Of a DNA stretch of 38,692 nt, positions 19,901 through 29,406 are shown one piece after another; within the stretch, counting starts at the first letter, position 1, and each line of letters opens with the position of its first letter. This stretch comes from a virus. Taxonomy: Duplodnaviria > Caudoviricetes. The notes under the pieces are model-generated. The model made no database searches. It worked only from the letters and a program-made list of their open reading frames with translations, and was not told where the DNA came from. A program made the translations under genes and the position numbers. The stretch covers positions 1 to 38,692 of the IMG/VR virus record IMGVR_UViG_3300038314_001105; one strand, given 5' to 3'.

Positions 19901-20567
19901 CTTCTCCCCATATATAGAACTTTGCTTTTTCAGCAGTTTCATCAAAGACCCATTCGCACTGCATTCTCCTACCGTTATTGCCGGTATAGAGAAGGTTCCC
20001 GTCATAATTGATAGCCTCTTCTCCGAGGATAAGATCTCCAGCTATTACAGCATTCGTCTGCCTATCTATAATAGACGCTCTTTTGGTGAAGTTCTTAGTG
20101 TCGGTAAGTGAAAGATAATCAACATCAACATAGGTGACGCAAGCAAACTTACCTTCTCCCCCATAGTTGTCTACAGTAGTGTTGCTGTCCATCTGAGAGA
20201 ATTTAGACCCTCTCGATACTGGGAGCATTGTGTAGTCAAGTCCATCCGAATAACCGAGATCTCCCGACATTTCCCCGGTTGACGGGCTATAGATTTGGGC
20301 AGTCCCATTGGTCGCGGTAGTGGCCATTCCTGTTGTTCTGTTTTTTGTTGCAACATTCCTGGCAATAACAGTGTCTTTATAGCTAACAACGTCACTAGCA
20401 GCCTTATCGATAAGATCATAACCCTTACGTTTTCTTAGCGCCCCCCCCTTGTCGTATCTATAATTAAATAGCTCTTGGAATGTCTCCTTCGGGAGTATGT
20501 TATGACTTATCTTAGTATTCATCCCCTTCATAAAAGGGATGCTTACTTTTTCTTTTTTAAGGGGCAT
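16989..20567 (-). CDS. Tail nozzle / tubular protein B-like
   Basis: 1192 aa, beta-rich; N-terminal F.KGMN...GALRKRKGY, HRNRLF..VYFSK, LRTAWINL pattern; follows the adaptor. Confidence 0.7.
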   Translation of the reverse strand: MPLKKEKVSIPFMKGMNTKISHNILPKETFQELFNYRYDKGGALRKRKGYDLIDKAASDVVSYKDTVIARNVATKNRTTGMATTATNGTAQIYSPSTGEMSGDLGYSDGLDYTMLPVSRGSKFSQMDSNTTVDNYGGEGKFACVTYVDVDYLSLTDTKNFTKRASIIDRQTNAVIAGDLILGEEAINYDGNLLYTGNNGRRMQCEWVFDETAEKAKFYIWGEDEGALKGWVIDPTESPIVVRDYAGTATPAGTTILATANYPLVVGGSGAGYPTSLASFAVCSSRDSTKANLFTSWKDTSGGVDDGKHYVSYYVFDTDDHSHTEKIKTEMSGDDKLNGHLYAHRARITGANGPVGLAGKLAFAWQDEDNVKIRVCREGATAFDDPEDDASGGDIEGVDGVVIGRFLDDVAPKSAGDDIASWNDEIPDVNFIYSDNHDSITLGSGGLQDTRIVKRVFAGPIDPDDSAALLTGFVANGYKLIFAFGSNPYVLGVVDSLNTGVTNISEAPVPSIQLWEYCDGSTRGIPAYDNHMVSWMRDSLPIGNFQPFEYITDTLKAGVFSNVGWGLDAPPSYEMDRNYPYDSSTVFSEYNGAMIAIPVGTNFERHGSDGGTVQLNSTTTLFDFRNFNEEQMDVPAASTAVIDDILYVADKALYQFDGANFRFLNFYDRPMVSSILGTSAGGNLGADKSYSYKIVWEWTDAQGNLHQSEPSASTTVQTEAAGGTNKQNTRLTFTRFAFLGGFASELNGSLVNAAIYRTQGDGSLYNNIATVDVGIYTATTATYVFNDDISDAIGATGKPLYTDGGELVNKPPPASARYVTAHRNRLFVIGKDDVVYFSKLSQDGFGIGFNSALSIRTPDNISDPPTALGSMDGNLFIFTEKSIYIVSGEGPDNSGLGGFYDAKKIPSAIGAVKGSPVQVIDDGLLFVTTKGIYIIQKDLVVSFIGSPVQRDSAKTQLTGIFREWYTIRDIVVRPDEEVVLFLCAGRSFQMLVYNYVLKEWMLDNSRISKAAGPGGSFATSNNKLYISCLTDAGADPLVDRILLENPLTTRDNGNFTTSFLRTAWINLSGIQGYQRVYKAYILGESLDPSSITVYAFYDYNQDAVDIQETFTFFTTTTGGKFQSKMHMTKQKCQAISFVFTDTDFDSSVTGDSLIFSEIALEIGIKSDNYKNGLFPTELGQRTVWGTPGSLGGG

Positions 20568-20900
20568 CTAAAAAACCCACAATGAGACATCTGGAGTCCC
20601 TGCTGTTGAAGCCATTTTTATATACACAGAGTCGTCAGGGTTACTGCCCAATGTAGTTATTTCCCGAACTCGACCAGTATAGTCTGTTCCATCAGGGAGA
20701 GAAGTTTTCACAACGAGAACCCCCTTGTAAGGTCTACCAAGTCTATGGGCGATAAGTGCCCCCGATGTTCCGATTGGTCCTGAGATGAGCCGCCCATTGA
20801 GGATCTCCAGGTCTGCCAGAGGGCTAAGAGAATCTTGCAGGGAATCCTGTACTCGATTTAGAGCGTCTATATTACTAGGAATAGGCTCAAAGCGTTTCAC
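20568..20900 (-). CDS. Small tail-associated structural protein (putative)
   Basis: IAHRLGRPYKG motif; abuts both neighbours. Confidence 0.6.
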   Translation of the reverse strand: MKRFEPIPSNIDALNRVQDSLQDSLSPLADLEILNGRLISGPIGTSGALIAHRLGRPYKGVLVVKTSLPDGTDYTGRVREITTLGSNPDDSVYIKMASTAGTPDVSLWVF

Positions 20901-21595
20901 GAGAAACCTTTCATCCAGCCATCAGAGGTTCCTATCATCTCATCAGAAATCCCAAAAGGCTCACCAGCATCACGATTACTGGCAGCTTCATCAATGCGAA
21001 CTCTTAATGTTTCTAACTCCCGCTCTATCACGGTAGTGCTCAACTCCTCCTTTTCCTTCATCTTGTAGACAGTAGTGATGATCGCATATTCCTCCCAGTT
21101 CGACATAATCTGGGAGCTTACTTTATCTGTATCAGCAAGTAGTTCCTCGAACGAAGGGGCGTACCAAATAGTAATCTCTGACGTTGTTGTTGGAACCGGA
21201 ATGAAATTTATAGAGTCACCCTGGATCTGATACTGGTAATCAGCATGACCACCACGGCCAACAAGGGTCACATCACTGTCATACCGATGGCGCTCAGGAA
21301 AAGAGAACCGATGGACCCTTAAGTTACTGCCAGACTCGTTGACATCTACGCCAAGGCACTTGTAAAAATTAGAAAGCCCTATCTCATCAAAGGTATATTT
21401 TGATTTATCCCCTTCAAGATTGAACTTAATAAATTCGATATAGTAATCCTCAAACTTCTGGACTAAAATATCGTGAAGCTCTCCAAGGGCGACATTCAAG
21501 TATTTGTCTATTTCAGACTCTGTAAAAAAAGCATTAGAAACAGCATCAGCTCTTACTCTCGCGTATGCCCTTAACTCTGCCAGCGTAGATCCCAT
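20897..21595 (-). CDS. Head-tail adaptor (tubular protein A-like)
   Basis: TLAELR..ARVRAD....F..SEIDKYLN.A, IPVP....ITIWY. Confidence 0.75.
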   Translation of the reverse strand: MGSTLAELRAYARVRADAVSNAFFTESEIDKYLNVALGELHDILVQKFEDYYIEFIKFNLEGDKSKYTFDEIGLSNFYKCLGVDVNESGSNLRVHRFSFPERHRYDSDVTLVGRGGHADYQYQIQGDSINFIPVPTTTSEITIWYAPSFEELLADTDKVSSQIMSNWEEYAIITTVYKMKEKEELSTTVIERELETLRVRIDEAASNRDAGEPFGISDEMIGTSDGWMKGFS

Positions 21596-22329
21596 TACAC
21601 ACCCATCACCAGCAACTCAACGTTTACGGCTTCGATGCCCATTCCCCACAATTGCAACTCATGCTGCTCAGTCTGGAAGAGTGACCCTGGAGCGGCTGCT
21701 GTCGAGGCAAAAGTGGTCGATGAGATAGGGAACAATTCTCCTGGGATGACCATAGAAGCACCGGAAGCAAGAGTGAACTCGTTACGCTGCAACCGCTTAA
21801 ATGTAACATTGGTATCGCCACCATCCGCAACGAAAGCACCAAGATAATGTTGGGCGAGGACAATATGGTCAGGGAAATCGCCGTGATGCTGAGAAATAAG
21901 AACTAGCCGATTATTAGCGGCCTCGTCAGCATTCTCTACTAACAAGAAATTGCCAACATGACAGTTAACGAAAGCATCGTTAGCCAACTTATCCCTTAGC
22001 TCGTTAGCGGTAATCTCAAAGGAACCTGGGCCAATGGTCTCCAGCAATGTCCAATACTCAAAACCTAAAGCACCAGCACCGTTGTTTTTAATAACGATAG
22101 AATGGACAGCTGTCATCCCAAGAGTTCCGCTTTGAGCGTCGTCTGGGTTGGCCTGCAAGTCATAAGAAACCCCAGGGGAACCGGACGAACCAGCAGGAAC
22201 ATTAAGGGTATTGTGAACCCATGCCGTAGGTGTTGCATCGAGAACAGTCCGACTAAGCTCTACCAATGGCTGCTTGAAGTCGCTAGTGCTGGAAACAATC
22301 CCTTCTAGGCGAATACGGGAAAAAGCCAT
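21595..22329 (-). CDS. Hypothetical structural protein
   Basis: Beta-rich ORF in the head-tail block, coupled to the adaptor. Confidence 0.65.
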   Translation of the reverse strand: MAFSRIRLEGIVSSTSDFKQPLVELSRTVLDATPTAWVHNTLNVPAGSSGSPGVSYDLQANPDDAQSGTLGMTAVHSIVIKNNGAGALGFEYWTLLETIGPGSFEITANELRDKLANDAFVNCHVGNFLLVENADEAANNRLVLISQHHGDFPDHIVLAQHYLGAFVADGGDTNVTFKRLQRNEFTLASGASMVIPGELFPISSTTFASTAAAPGSLFQTEQHELQLWGMGIEAVNVELLVMGV

Positions 22330-22334
22330 CTAAC

Positions 22335-22610
22335 TTACCCCCCTTGTTCTTCTACACAGGTAAGGATTGCATCCTTTAGCGAAGCAACAAAAGTTCTTTC
22401 ATCGCCCTCTTTAACTGCCTGAAAGACCTCCGCAGCAGACTCTTCAAACGCCTGGCCATACTCGCCTTCTTCTTCTTCGTCTTCTTCGTATTCGTCTTCA
22501 TAGCCCTCTTCTTCTTCGGGCATTTTTCTCTTGGAGCGACCTTTCGGCTTACCGCCTCCAAGCATAATGGCTAATACATCTTTGCCCTTCTTAGGCATAA
22601 TCGACTCCAA
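22335..22610 (-). CDS. Small basic/acidic bipartite protein
   Basis: ORF filling the gap after the terminator; K-rich then E-rich. The start could be TTG 22610 or the internal ATG. Confidence 0.6.
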   Translation of the reverse strand: MESIMPKKGKDVLAIMLGGGKPKGRSKRKMPEEEEGYEDEYEEDEEEEGEYGQAFEESAAEVFQAVKEGDERTFVASLKDAILTCVEEQGG

Positions 22611-22651
22611 AAGTAAGAGAAAGGGGAGGGACAGTTAGACCGCCCCTCCCC
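22610..22651 (-). terminator. Rho-independent terminator after the capsid and decoration genes
   Basis: GGGGAGGG/CCCTCCCC stem extended by G-U pairs on the minus strand, then TTTCTCTTACTTTT. Confidence 0.7.
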
Positions 22652-22665
22652 AACTCTAATTATTA

Positions 22666-23022
22666 TTAGGTATCTATTTCCCAGACAGTAATAAAGCTGA
22701 AAGCACAATCTTCTGCTGCGTCCTCATCTTCACTCTGAAATCCGAGAATCTGAATAGTGGCACCGATAGTACCATCTTCACCCTCAGCCTCTTCAGCGGG
22801 GATAGTAACAGTCCCAACCTGAAGAGTTGTTCCGGCAGTTTCAGAGGTAGCTACAATTGAAATCAGCTTGTCATAAGCTCTGTCAAAAGTAAGAAGAGTA
22901 TCGCCAGCATCGGTATCCGTAATCTGGAACCCTTCACCAGCGGTTATCGCGGTGTGATCGGCATTTACCCGACCAGCCACAATAGCCAAACCTTTACGAT
23001 ATGTTGACTCTAATGCACCCAT
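22666..23022 (-). CDS. Putative capsid decoration protein
   Basis: Strong SD AGGAGG; immediately after MCP and before the terminator. Confidence 0.6.
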   Translation of the reverse strand: MGALESTYRKGLAIVAGRVNADHTAITAGEGFQITDTDAGDTLLTFDRAYDKLISIVATSETAGTTLQVGTVTIPAEEAEGEDGTIGATIQILGFQSEDEDAAEDCAFSFITVWEIDT

Positions 23023-23034
23023 TTCAAATCCCTC

Positions 23035-24294
23035 CTATTCAGCTACTAGTGCAATTCGAGCGTTGTACGCTGGAGATTTGCAAAGCATGTTTCCGTAATA
23101 ACCCCAACGGTATTCAACACCGTCGTTGTTAGCTTCACGAACACCCTTAAGACCATCAAAGTCTAGGATTCGAGGAGCTGCACCAATAGTCTTCAATACC
23201 CAAGTGTCCATCTGAAGCATGTAGCACAGATTCAAAGGACAGTTATGGTCTGCATAAACACTGACCATGCCAGCTGGTGAAGCAAGCTCAAGACTTGCAA
23301 AACCAAACTTAGCCTCAGTATCCTTGGATCCATAGCGGCGTCTGCCAGTCTGAACGGCACCGGTAACAATCGACCGACCTTCAAGGTCAATAGCCAATTT
23401 TGCCCAGTCAAGGGGATTCATAAAGATAGCGTCAGGACGACCACCTTCACGAGAAACCCGAACTGCCGCATTGATCAATGTCTCTTGGATACTGCCATCA
23501 AAAGCAACACGTTGACCACCCAAACGAGTTGAATCATCATTGCGAGTTACTCCAAAGAATGCAGCATCAGGAACAGTTGCAGGAAGCCAAGCGTCAAGAC
23601 CTGAGAGCTTGCTAGTTGCTGGGGCTGCTCCGGCTGGACGATCACCTTCTGGGTAGATCTTATCGCCATCGGCAATAGCAGGAACAGCTGCGGTAGCTAC
23701 TCGATCAACAGTAATGGTATCTGCAACTCGGTCAATACCGGTAATTGTCAAAACACCAGGGCGAAGAGCAGTGAGGTCAGTTTCAGCAAACACGATTCTC
23801 ATGCCCACTTCAAAATTGACTCCATCTCCAAGGGTAAGCTCAAGGGTGGTATCACCCTTACTTGCACCAGCCCTAACAGAACCAATAGCGCCAGCGCCAG
23901 CACCGTAAACATCTCGTCCCATTGCTCGTGCAAGAGCATGGAGAGCTGAGTCAGTCTTGGCTTTAGCCATGTCCAACAAAGAACCTTCGTTGCCATCAGC
24001 GGCAAGCATAGATTCATTGTCTACGGTGACAACTGCATAGTCCTTGACTCGTGTTACAACGAAGTCATGGAGTTTGGTTCCACCACGGTTAGCCTGAGCA
24101 GTAGCAAATGTAGCACTACGGCCAGTGGTTAAGCCGTATTCAACAGCATAAGTTACATTTCTTCCTGGGAATTTTGTTTCCTTCGGAATCATAGATAACA
24201 ACGGATTGTTTTTATAAACTAAGTTTTCGACCTTCTTATACGGGTACATGTGTTTCATGGCCGCATCGAAGTTCTGTAGATTAAAAGACGCCAT
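23035..24294 (-). CDS. Major capsid protein
   Basis: 419 aa after the scaffold; NLVYKNNPLL, PDAIFMNP.DW, EYRWGYYGN HK97-fold-like patterns; SD AAGGAG. Confidence 0.85.
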   Translation of the reverse strand: MASFNLQNFDAAMKHMYPYKKVENLVYKNNPLLSMIPKETKFPGRNVTYAVEYGLTTGRSATFATAQANRGGTKLHDFVVTRVKDYAVVTVDNESMLAADGNEGSLLDMAKAKTDSALHALARAMGRDVYGAGAGAIGSVRAGASKGDTTLELTLGDGVNFEVGMRIVFAETDLTALRPGVLTITGIDRVADTITVDRVATAAVPAIADGDKIYPEGDRPAGAAPATSKLSGLDAWLPATVPDAAFFGVTRNDDSTRLGGQRVAFDGSIQETLINAAVRVSREGGRPDAIFMNPLDWAKLAIDLEGRSIVTGAVQTGRRRYGSKDTEAKFGFASLELASPAGMVSVYADHNCPLNLCYMLQMDTWVLKTIGAAPRILDFDGLKGVREANNDGVEYRWGYYGNMLCKSPAYNARIALVAE

Positions 24295-24314
24295 TTTGGG
24301 CGCTCCTTTCGTAT

Positions 24315-25208
24315 TTAATCAGTGAACAGTTTGCCCTTCCAATAATCGTAGATCTCCTCGTCGGACATCTCCTCCTTGGGGACCTTTGTTGGTTGGGCTC
24401 TTAAATTATTGGACAGTGTTAATTGCGACCGGCTGCCCCTTTTCGATGCTTCTAACCCATGAAATTGCTTAAACTTTGCTAAGATCTTAGGATCATTGAA
24501 GAGTTCACTCTCCTTCTCCTGAAGACCCTTTTCTACCATTTGAAATGCTTCTTGGAATCCAAGCTCTACGCCTGTCTTCTGGTAGTATGCTGCTATCCCA
24601 TTAGCTACGTCCTGTGGTGAACACTGTTCAGTAGTTAAAGGATAGTCCTCTGAGGAGTTCATGAACTCCTGTACATTATTATAATACTCGTTAATTTCGG
24701 CTTGTTGCTTTGCATTAACATTTTGCTGTGCCTGATGTTGATCTCTTTTTTGCAGTTCAGCCTTTAACTGCTTTAATTCTTTCTCTGTATTAGAGAGTCT
24801 CATTTCAGCACCAGGCTCATTCTTTCCTGATGCTAATCTCTCAGTCCAATCATTATAGAACGCTAACGGGTCAATGCCTTGAGATCTAAGAAACTCAGTA
24901 GGGTCTTTATGGAGAAGTTCTCTCGCCCTTTGAACCCCTCTCAACTCCTGTTCTTTAGCGGCAAGAACCTGCTCTCTCCGTTTATATTCAATATCTCTTT
25001 GGCGGAGCTGCCTATCCTTTTTTACCCTGGCGCTCCACGAGCCATTATCCTTAGCATTCTCTGGCTCTTTCCCCTTTGTCTCAACTTGAGACTCTTCTGA
25101 TTCTTCCGAATAAATATTGAAGTCAGGAAGTTCTTCCTCTACTCCGGTATCTACTTCTACTTCTACTTCTTCTGTCTCAACTTGAGACTCTACTGCTGCA
25201 TCTGCCAT
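24315..25208 (-). CDS. Capsid scaffolding protein
   Basis: Acidic N-terminus and coiled coil, between portal and MCP. Confidence 0.75.
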   Translation of the reverse strand: MADAAVESQVETEEVEVEVDTGVEEELPDFNIYSEESEESQVETKGKEPENAKDNGSWSARVKKDRQLRQRDIEYKRREQVLAAKEQELRGVQRARELLHKDPTEFLRSQGIDPLAFYNDWTERLASGKNEPGAEMRLSNTEKELKQLKAELQKRDQHQAQQNVNAKQQAEINEYYNNVQEFMNSSEDYPLTTEQCSPQDVANGIAAYYQKTGVELGFQEAFQMVEKGLQEKESELFNDPKILAKFKQFHGLEASKRGSRSQLTLSNNLRAQPTKVPKEEMSDEEIYDYWKGKLFTD

Positions 25209-25218
25209 GATATTCCTT

Positions 25219-27120
25219 TTATGCTAATCCTCCCCCTGGTGGTCCCATCGGTGGAAGAGGCCCTGCGCCTCCGCCTGGAGGAGCCGGTAGGATCTCGGGG
25301 CCTGGAGGTAATCCTGGCGGTAGTCCTGGCGGTCCTGGGGGCGGTGGTCCGGGTGGCATTCCTGGTGGTCCCATCGGAGCCATCATTTCTCCGGGTGGGG
25401 GTAGGTCTGGTTTGTTTGCTACTTTCATCATGCGAACAGCTTGGGTGATCCACCTTCGTAGTTTCTCAAGCCTTTCTTCTGGAACATTTTCAATCCTGCC
25501 AAGATTGACTGCTTCTTGAACTCGCTCCACCCCGAGGACCAAATTGAAATAAGGCTCAGGTGGGATATATTTATTATTCTCAATCATCTCATCAATAATC
25601 TTATCTATAAGATCTTGAGGGGAATTCTTTAACTTCGTTCTGCGCTCGAGGTCTGGAAAATCTAGGAGCTGGTGGGCTTCCTCACTAGTGAATAAACCAT
25701 TCATGTGCATCTCTGTCACACTTGCCAACTTTGCGGCAGGGGTCTGAGGCAACGAGCCAACAGGCTGGACTCGCATCACATACTGGTCTTCCTCCATATC
25801 AACGTCTTTCCACTTGATATGCTCAACGCCAGAGTTAGGAGAGAAGCTCATTGAGCTATAACTCTCTCCATCCTCAATCGCATCTCTAACAAGGGAAATG
25901 ATTTGACGAGATATTTCAACGAAAGTCTCTTCGTAGGCTTGCCCAACAACCATAAACCGCTCTGACTCAATATCTGAGAACTCTCGGAGAGCTCGCCCGG
26001 AATCTAAGCCTGTAGGTTTCTTGCTTTGAGCGGATAACTGAGAAATCCCAGTCATCTCGTATGCTTGGTTCACTAGCCTATCGAGGTGTTGAAACATCTC
26101 TCCAGATACAGGACGAGGAACAAAAAACTGAGGAGGTGTGCCTCTATACTTAATAGCCCCCCATACTCGATTATTGAGATGTGCATTTACAATTTTACTT
26201 GTTTCTTCGATGAACACCTTTGGGGTGGCGAGGTGCATCTGTTCTTGTATTTGAGCCAGAAGCTTATTCACCTCAACCTGGATACCCTTAACTTCCCAAG
26301 CAAGGCCATTGCCCCAAAAGGACATTGGAGATTCTGTCCAGCGAACGAATACAAAGGGAAAGTAATCCTTATTGTAGTCTTCGTCTAAGAGAGTGGCTGT
26401 CGATATCGAAACAACATGCCTTCCATCCTTGGCTTCTGGGCCAGAAGGAAGGTGCCAAGCCTCATGACATTCAACCATATCAGAGTAGCTGGTATCTCCC
26501 TCAGAGTCCTGATTCTCCTCAACAGCTTCTAGGATTTTAGGCTTTAGCTTTGGGAATTTTTCTATCAGGACATGGCGGGAGACTTTCTTCGTTTGGAACA
26601 TCTGCCGAGGGTCATCAGTCTCTGCTTCCATGCTATCAACGGTAATCTCCGACATCCTAACTCTTTCGAGCTTTACCTTGCCGTGCTCCATAAAGACCTT
26701 GATAACTCCAGTCCCTACGATACAGGCATCCAGAAATGCCTTTTGAGCTACAGCATATGCCTTCGTTGAATAGATTTGGCCTTGTATGAACTTGTCTAAG
26801 CCCTTGGCCTTTCTCTTTTGCGACCAATTGCCCCCAGATGTAAGGAATGAAATGGCTGGACGGTGCTTTGCTATCTTCGCAGTAGCCGCCTGACAGAGAG
26901 AACGGACAATATTAAAGGTTAGTCTCGGTCTTTTGTTGCGAAATCTAAGGGCATCTTCCTGGTCCCCAATGGGGCGACCCCCATAAAGGCCAACAAACAT
27001 ATTCAGATCATTATAAAAGTCGCTCTGGTCGTCCCTTAGCACCTGGATATACTTATCCACCGCCGCATGAGGGTCTTTCTTGGCTTGCCACCAGAAAATA
27101 TCGTCATAAATACCGTACAT
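25219..27120 (-). CDS. Portal protein
   Basis: RLTFNIVRS, FPFV, EMTGIS..S.......DSGRAL motifs; Pro/Gly-rich tail; follows terminase. Confidence 0.85.
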   Translation of the reverse strand: MYGIYDDIFWWQAKKDPHAAVDKYIQVLRDDQSDFYNDLNMFVGLYGGRPIGDQEDALRFRNKRPRLTFNIVRSLCQAATAKIAKHRPAISFLTSGGNWSQKRKAKGLDKFIQGQIYSTKAYAVAQKAFLDACIVGTGVIKVFMEHGKVKLERVRMSEITVDSMEAETDDPRQMFQTKKVSRHVLIEKFPKLKPKILEAVEENQDSEGDTSYSDMVECHEAWHLPSGPEAKDGRHVVSISTATLLDEDYNKDYFPFVFVRWTESPMSFWGNGLAWEVKGIQVEVNKLLAQIQEQMHLATPKVFIEETSKIVNAHLNNRVWGAIKYRGTPPQFFVPRPVSGEMFQHLDRLVNQAYEMTGISQLSAQSKKPTGLDSGRALREFSDIESERFMVVGQAYEETFVEISRQIISLVRDAIEDGESYSSMSFSPNSGVEHIKWKDVDMEEDQYVMRVQPVGSLPQTPAAKLASVTEMHMNGLFTSEEAHQLLDFPDLERRTKLKNSPQDLIDKIIDEMIENNKYIPPEPYFNLVLGVERVQEAVNLGRIENVPEERLEKLRRWITQAVRMMKVANKPDLPPPGEMMAPMGPPGMPPGPPPPGPPGLPPGLPPGPEILPAPPGGGAGPLPPMGPPGGGLA

Positions 27121-27434
27121 TACGACTCAGCACTCCAATAAAGCATCTCCTTCTCGGAATACTCCTGTGCATCTTCCGGTAGTTCGACGCCATTTCCTCC
27201 GGCTTTAACGTTAACTTCGGAAGAGTTTACATAATTATCCATAGAAAAGGAGGGGTTTGCAACATCTTTCTCATTAACCTCCTCTAAAGCACCATCATAC
27301 ATAGCTTTAGCTAGTGATAAATCGCCACCAGGAGGACACATCTCGACTTCTATCTCATCTGACTTGTACCTTATGACATTATGTTCAGCCAAAATCTCTA
27401 ATAATTTCCGTAACTTCCTTGGTTCTTGCGACAT
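27120..27434 (-). CDS. Hypothetical protein
   Basis: SD GAGG; TAATG-coupled to the portal. Confidence 0.65.
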   Translation of the reverse strand: MSQEPRKLRKLLEILAEHNVIRYKSDEIEVEMCPPGGDLSLAKAMYDGALEEVNEKDVANPSFSMDNYVNSSEVNVKAGGNGVELPEDAQEYSEKEMLYWSAES

Positions 27435-27446
27435 AGTATCCTCTAC

Positions 27447-28991
27447 TTAGTTATAAAATGCGTCATCTTGCGAGTAGCCAATCCCCCACAGATCTTCATT
27501 GTGTCCATCATCTTGGTCTTGCTGGGAGAGTAGTCTCTCTTCCATCTTATCTTCCAGCATTTTGAAGTATTCGGCTGTCCCTGCCTTGGGTACTTTCTCT
27601 TTTTCTTCGTAGAGGAAGTGTCTTGATTCCATCCAGCAATAGAGTGCCGCATCACTGAGGTGATTTTCGTGGCGTCTATCTTCGCCTGTCCCTGCTAGAT
27701 TAAACTGGAGTTTATCCCATTCTTCCAGGAGAGGAGTTCCTTCCCTGACCTTGATCATACCCTTGGCCAGGTCGGAGTTCATCATCTTGATTAGCCCAAT
27801 CTTGTCATTGCTTTTCTTGGCAGGCTCTACCAGGAGAGAGGTCCTTTGCTTGAAGGTTTCCAATACCATCCGACTGGCACCGCCCCCCGTGTCCATCACT
27901 ACCTTGCTGATATTAAACTGCTTTTGGTACATCAGGATAATTTCTTCAACATCGGAGGTTAGCAGGTTCGACTTCTTGAACTGCTCTACGATGAAGAGTT
28001 CTTCCGCATCATCGGAGAAAGCTCCAACAACAAATGCTGTTGCATCGTGATAGCCAAGATCGATTGAGAGGATGTGCTCCCAGAAGCAGTTCTCCGGGAG
28101 TTCGGAGTATATATTAACAGGAGAGTAATTGTAAACAATAGATCTATCGTCCTTTAACCAAAGCCCTAAATACTCCCGCTTGTATGCTGGCTCTGTAGGA
28201 TTGAGGACTCCATTCTTAATATCTCGCTCTACCGCTTTGACGGCCTGCGTCATGAATGGATTCTCGTTGATAGTCCACCGGTGAGTTGAGTACCCGTATT
28301 TCTTCTCTTCGGTAATCTCATAGAAGAGCCCGGCACATTGGCTGTTGGGTGTTGAGATCATAGCCAACGTCCCGTCCACGTCCAACAAGGCAGGACCAAG
28401 AACCTCCCTTACAAGCTCCTTCAAATTGATATTAAAGAAGGCAGCCTCGTCAAGCACTGCCAGGGAAAAGGCCGCACCCCTTAGCTTATCCACGTCAGAA
28501 GCATCATTCGCCCCAGTGAACATAATCTCAGAACCATTAGGGAACTTGGCTATCAGGGTAGCATTATTGAACTTAAGACCAAGCCGGTACTGACGGTCTG
28601 CATCCTTAAGCATATTCCACAAGATACGCTTGGCAGCCTCTCGGGTACGAGCAATATAAACACAGATAGTCTCGGGAGCATCAATAGCTTCTTGAATCAG
28701 ATATCTTGATACAGCAAACGACTTACCAGCCCTTCGTGAGCAAAGAGCGGCTTTTCTTTTAGAAGGGTCGTTGATAAAATCTAACTGCTCTTTAAAGAGG
28801 TGACGCTTGAAGTTAAGCGTAATCTCAGAGTTATTTCTCCTGATGTTCTTGTCTTTACGCTCAACTCCGAATCGGCCAACAGCCGCTTCCAGCACTGACC
28901 GCCCAGTGATAGCAAGGTTAGGCTTGCGCCCCGATTGTAGCTCTCTCGCCTTTGCTTCTTTCGACTGGTTTGCTCTGCTTCTTTTTGCCAT
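27447..28991 (-). CDS. terL: Terminase large subunit
   Basis: SRRAGKS Walker A, LAVLDEA Walker B, ISTP coupling motif, IDLGYHD...NHLSDA nuclease. Confidence 0.93.
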   Translation of the reverse strand: MAKRSRANQSKEAKARELQSGRKPNLAITGRSVLEAAVGRFGVERKDKNIRRNNSEITLNFKRHLFKEQLDFINDPSKRKAALCSRRAGKSFAVSRYLIQEAIDAPETICVYIARTREAAKRILWNMLKDADRQYRLGLKFNNATLIAKFPNGSEIMFTGANDASDVDKLRGAAFSLAVLDEAAFFNINLKELVREVLGPALLDVDGTLAMISTPNSQCAGLFYEITEEKKYGYSTHRWTINENPFMTQAVKAVERDIKNGVLNPTEPAYKREYLGLWLKDDRSIVYNYSPVNIYSELPENCFWEHILSIDLGYHDATAFVVGAFSDDAEELFIVEQFKKSNLLTSDVEEIILMYQKQFNISKVVMDTGGGASRMVLETFKQRTSLLVEPAKKSNDKIGLIKMMNSDLAKGMIKVREGTPLLEEWDKLQFNLAGTGEDRRHENHLSDAALYCWMESRHFLYEEKEKVPKAGTAEYFKMLEDKMEERLLSQQDQDDGHNEDLWGIGYSQDDAFYN

Positions 28992-29406
28992 AACTGTGAA
29001 CTAATGCCGGTAAGAGCAATGAGTTATACTTGAGCTTCCACTTGTTCTTGAGGTTATACTTCTGTGCCCAGAAGGACCAGAACACTGTAGGGATAGGGCT
29101 AAGGTCTTTAAATACTTCTTTAACAAGCTCTCCCCCGATCCCATGATTACGCAAGTGCTTTTTAACAAAGACGTAAAGCAATGACTTCGACTCACCCCCG
29201 CCATGGTATGCTAACCACCCAAGGATATGGTCATCATCATCTTCCGGTGTTGATACCATGATAGTCACATCCTGTACGCACATGTCAATAACATCCCGCA
29301 CAGCGGCCCTAATCCCCGGTACATTATAGTCAATTGACGACAACCAGGAATGATAGATGAAGTCCTCATCTAATGGCTTATAGCTTCTTATCTTTACTCC
29401 TATCAT
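28918..29406 (-). CDS. GNAT-fold acetyltransferase-like protein
   Basis: KIRSY..LD, ILGWL, YVFVKKHLRNHGIGGELV acetyl-CoA motif A. Confidence 0.7.
   Translation of the reverse strand: MIGVKIRSYKPLDEDFIYHSWLSSIDYNVPGIRAAVRDVIDMCVQDVTIMVSTPEDDDDHILGWLAYHGGGESKSLLYVFVKKHLRNHGIGGELVKEVFKDLSPIPTVFWSFWAQKYNLKNKWKLKYNSLLLPALVHSYGKKKQSKPVERSKGERATIGAQA

Noticed and set aside
25219-25410. Collagen-like repeat in the portal tail
   Set aside because: PPG/MPPG spacing is not a continuous Gly-X-Y; it is an ordinary low-complexity portal tail.
28975-28995. GNAT-terL frameshift at C AAA AAG
   Set aside because: terL is in the +1 frame relative to GNAT, so a -1 slip would not fuse them.
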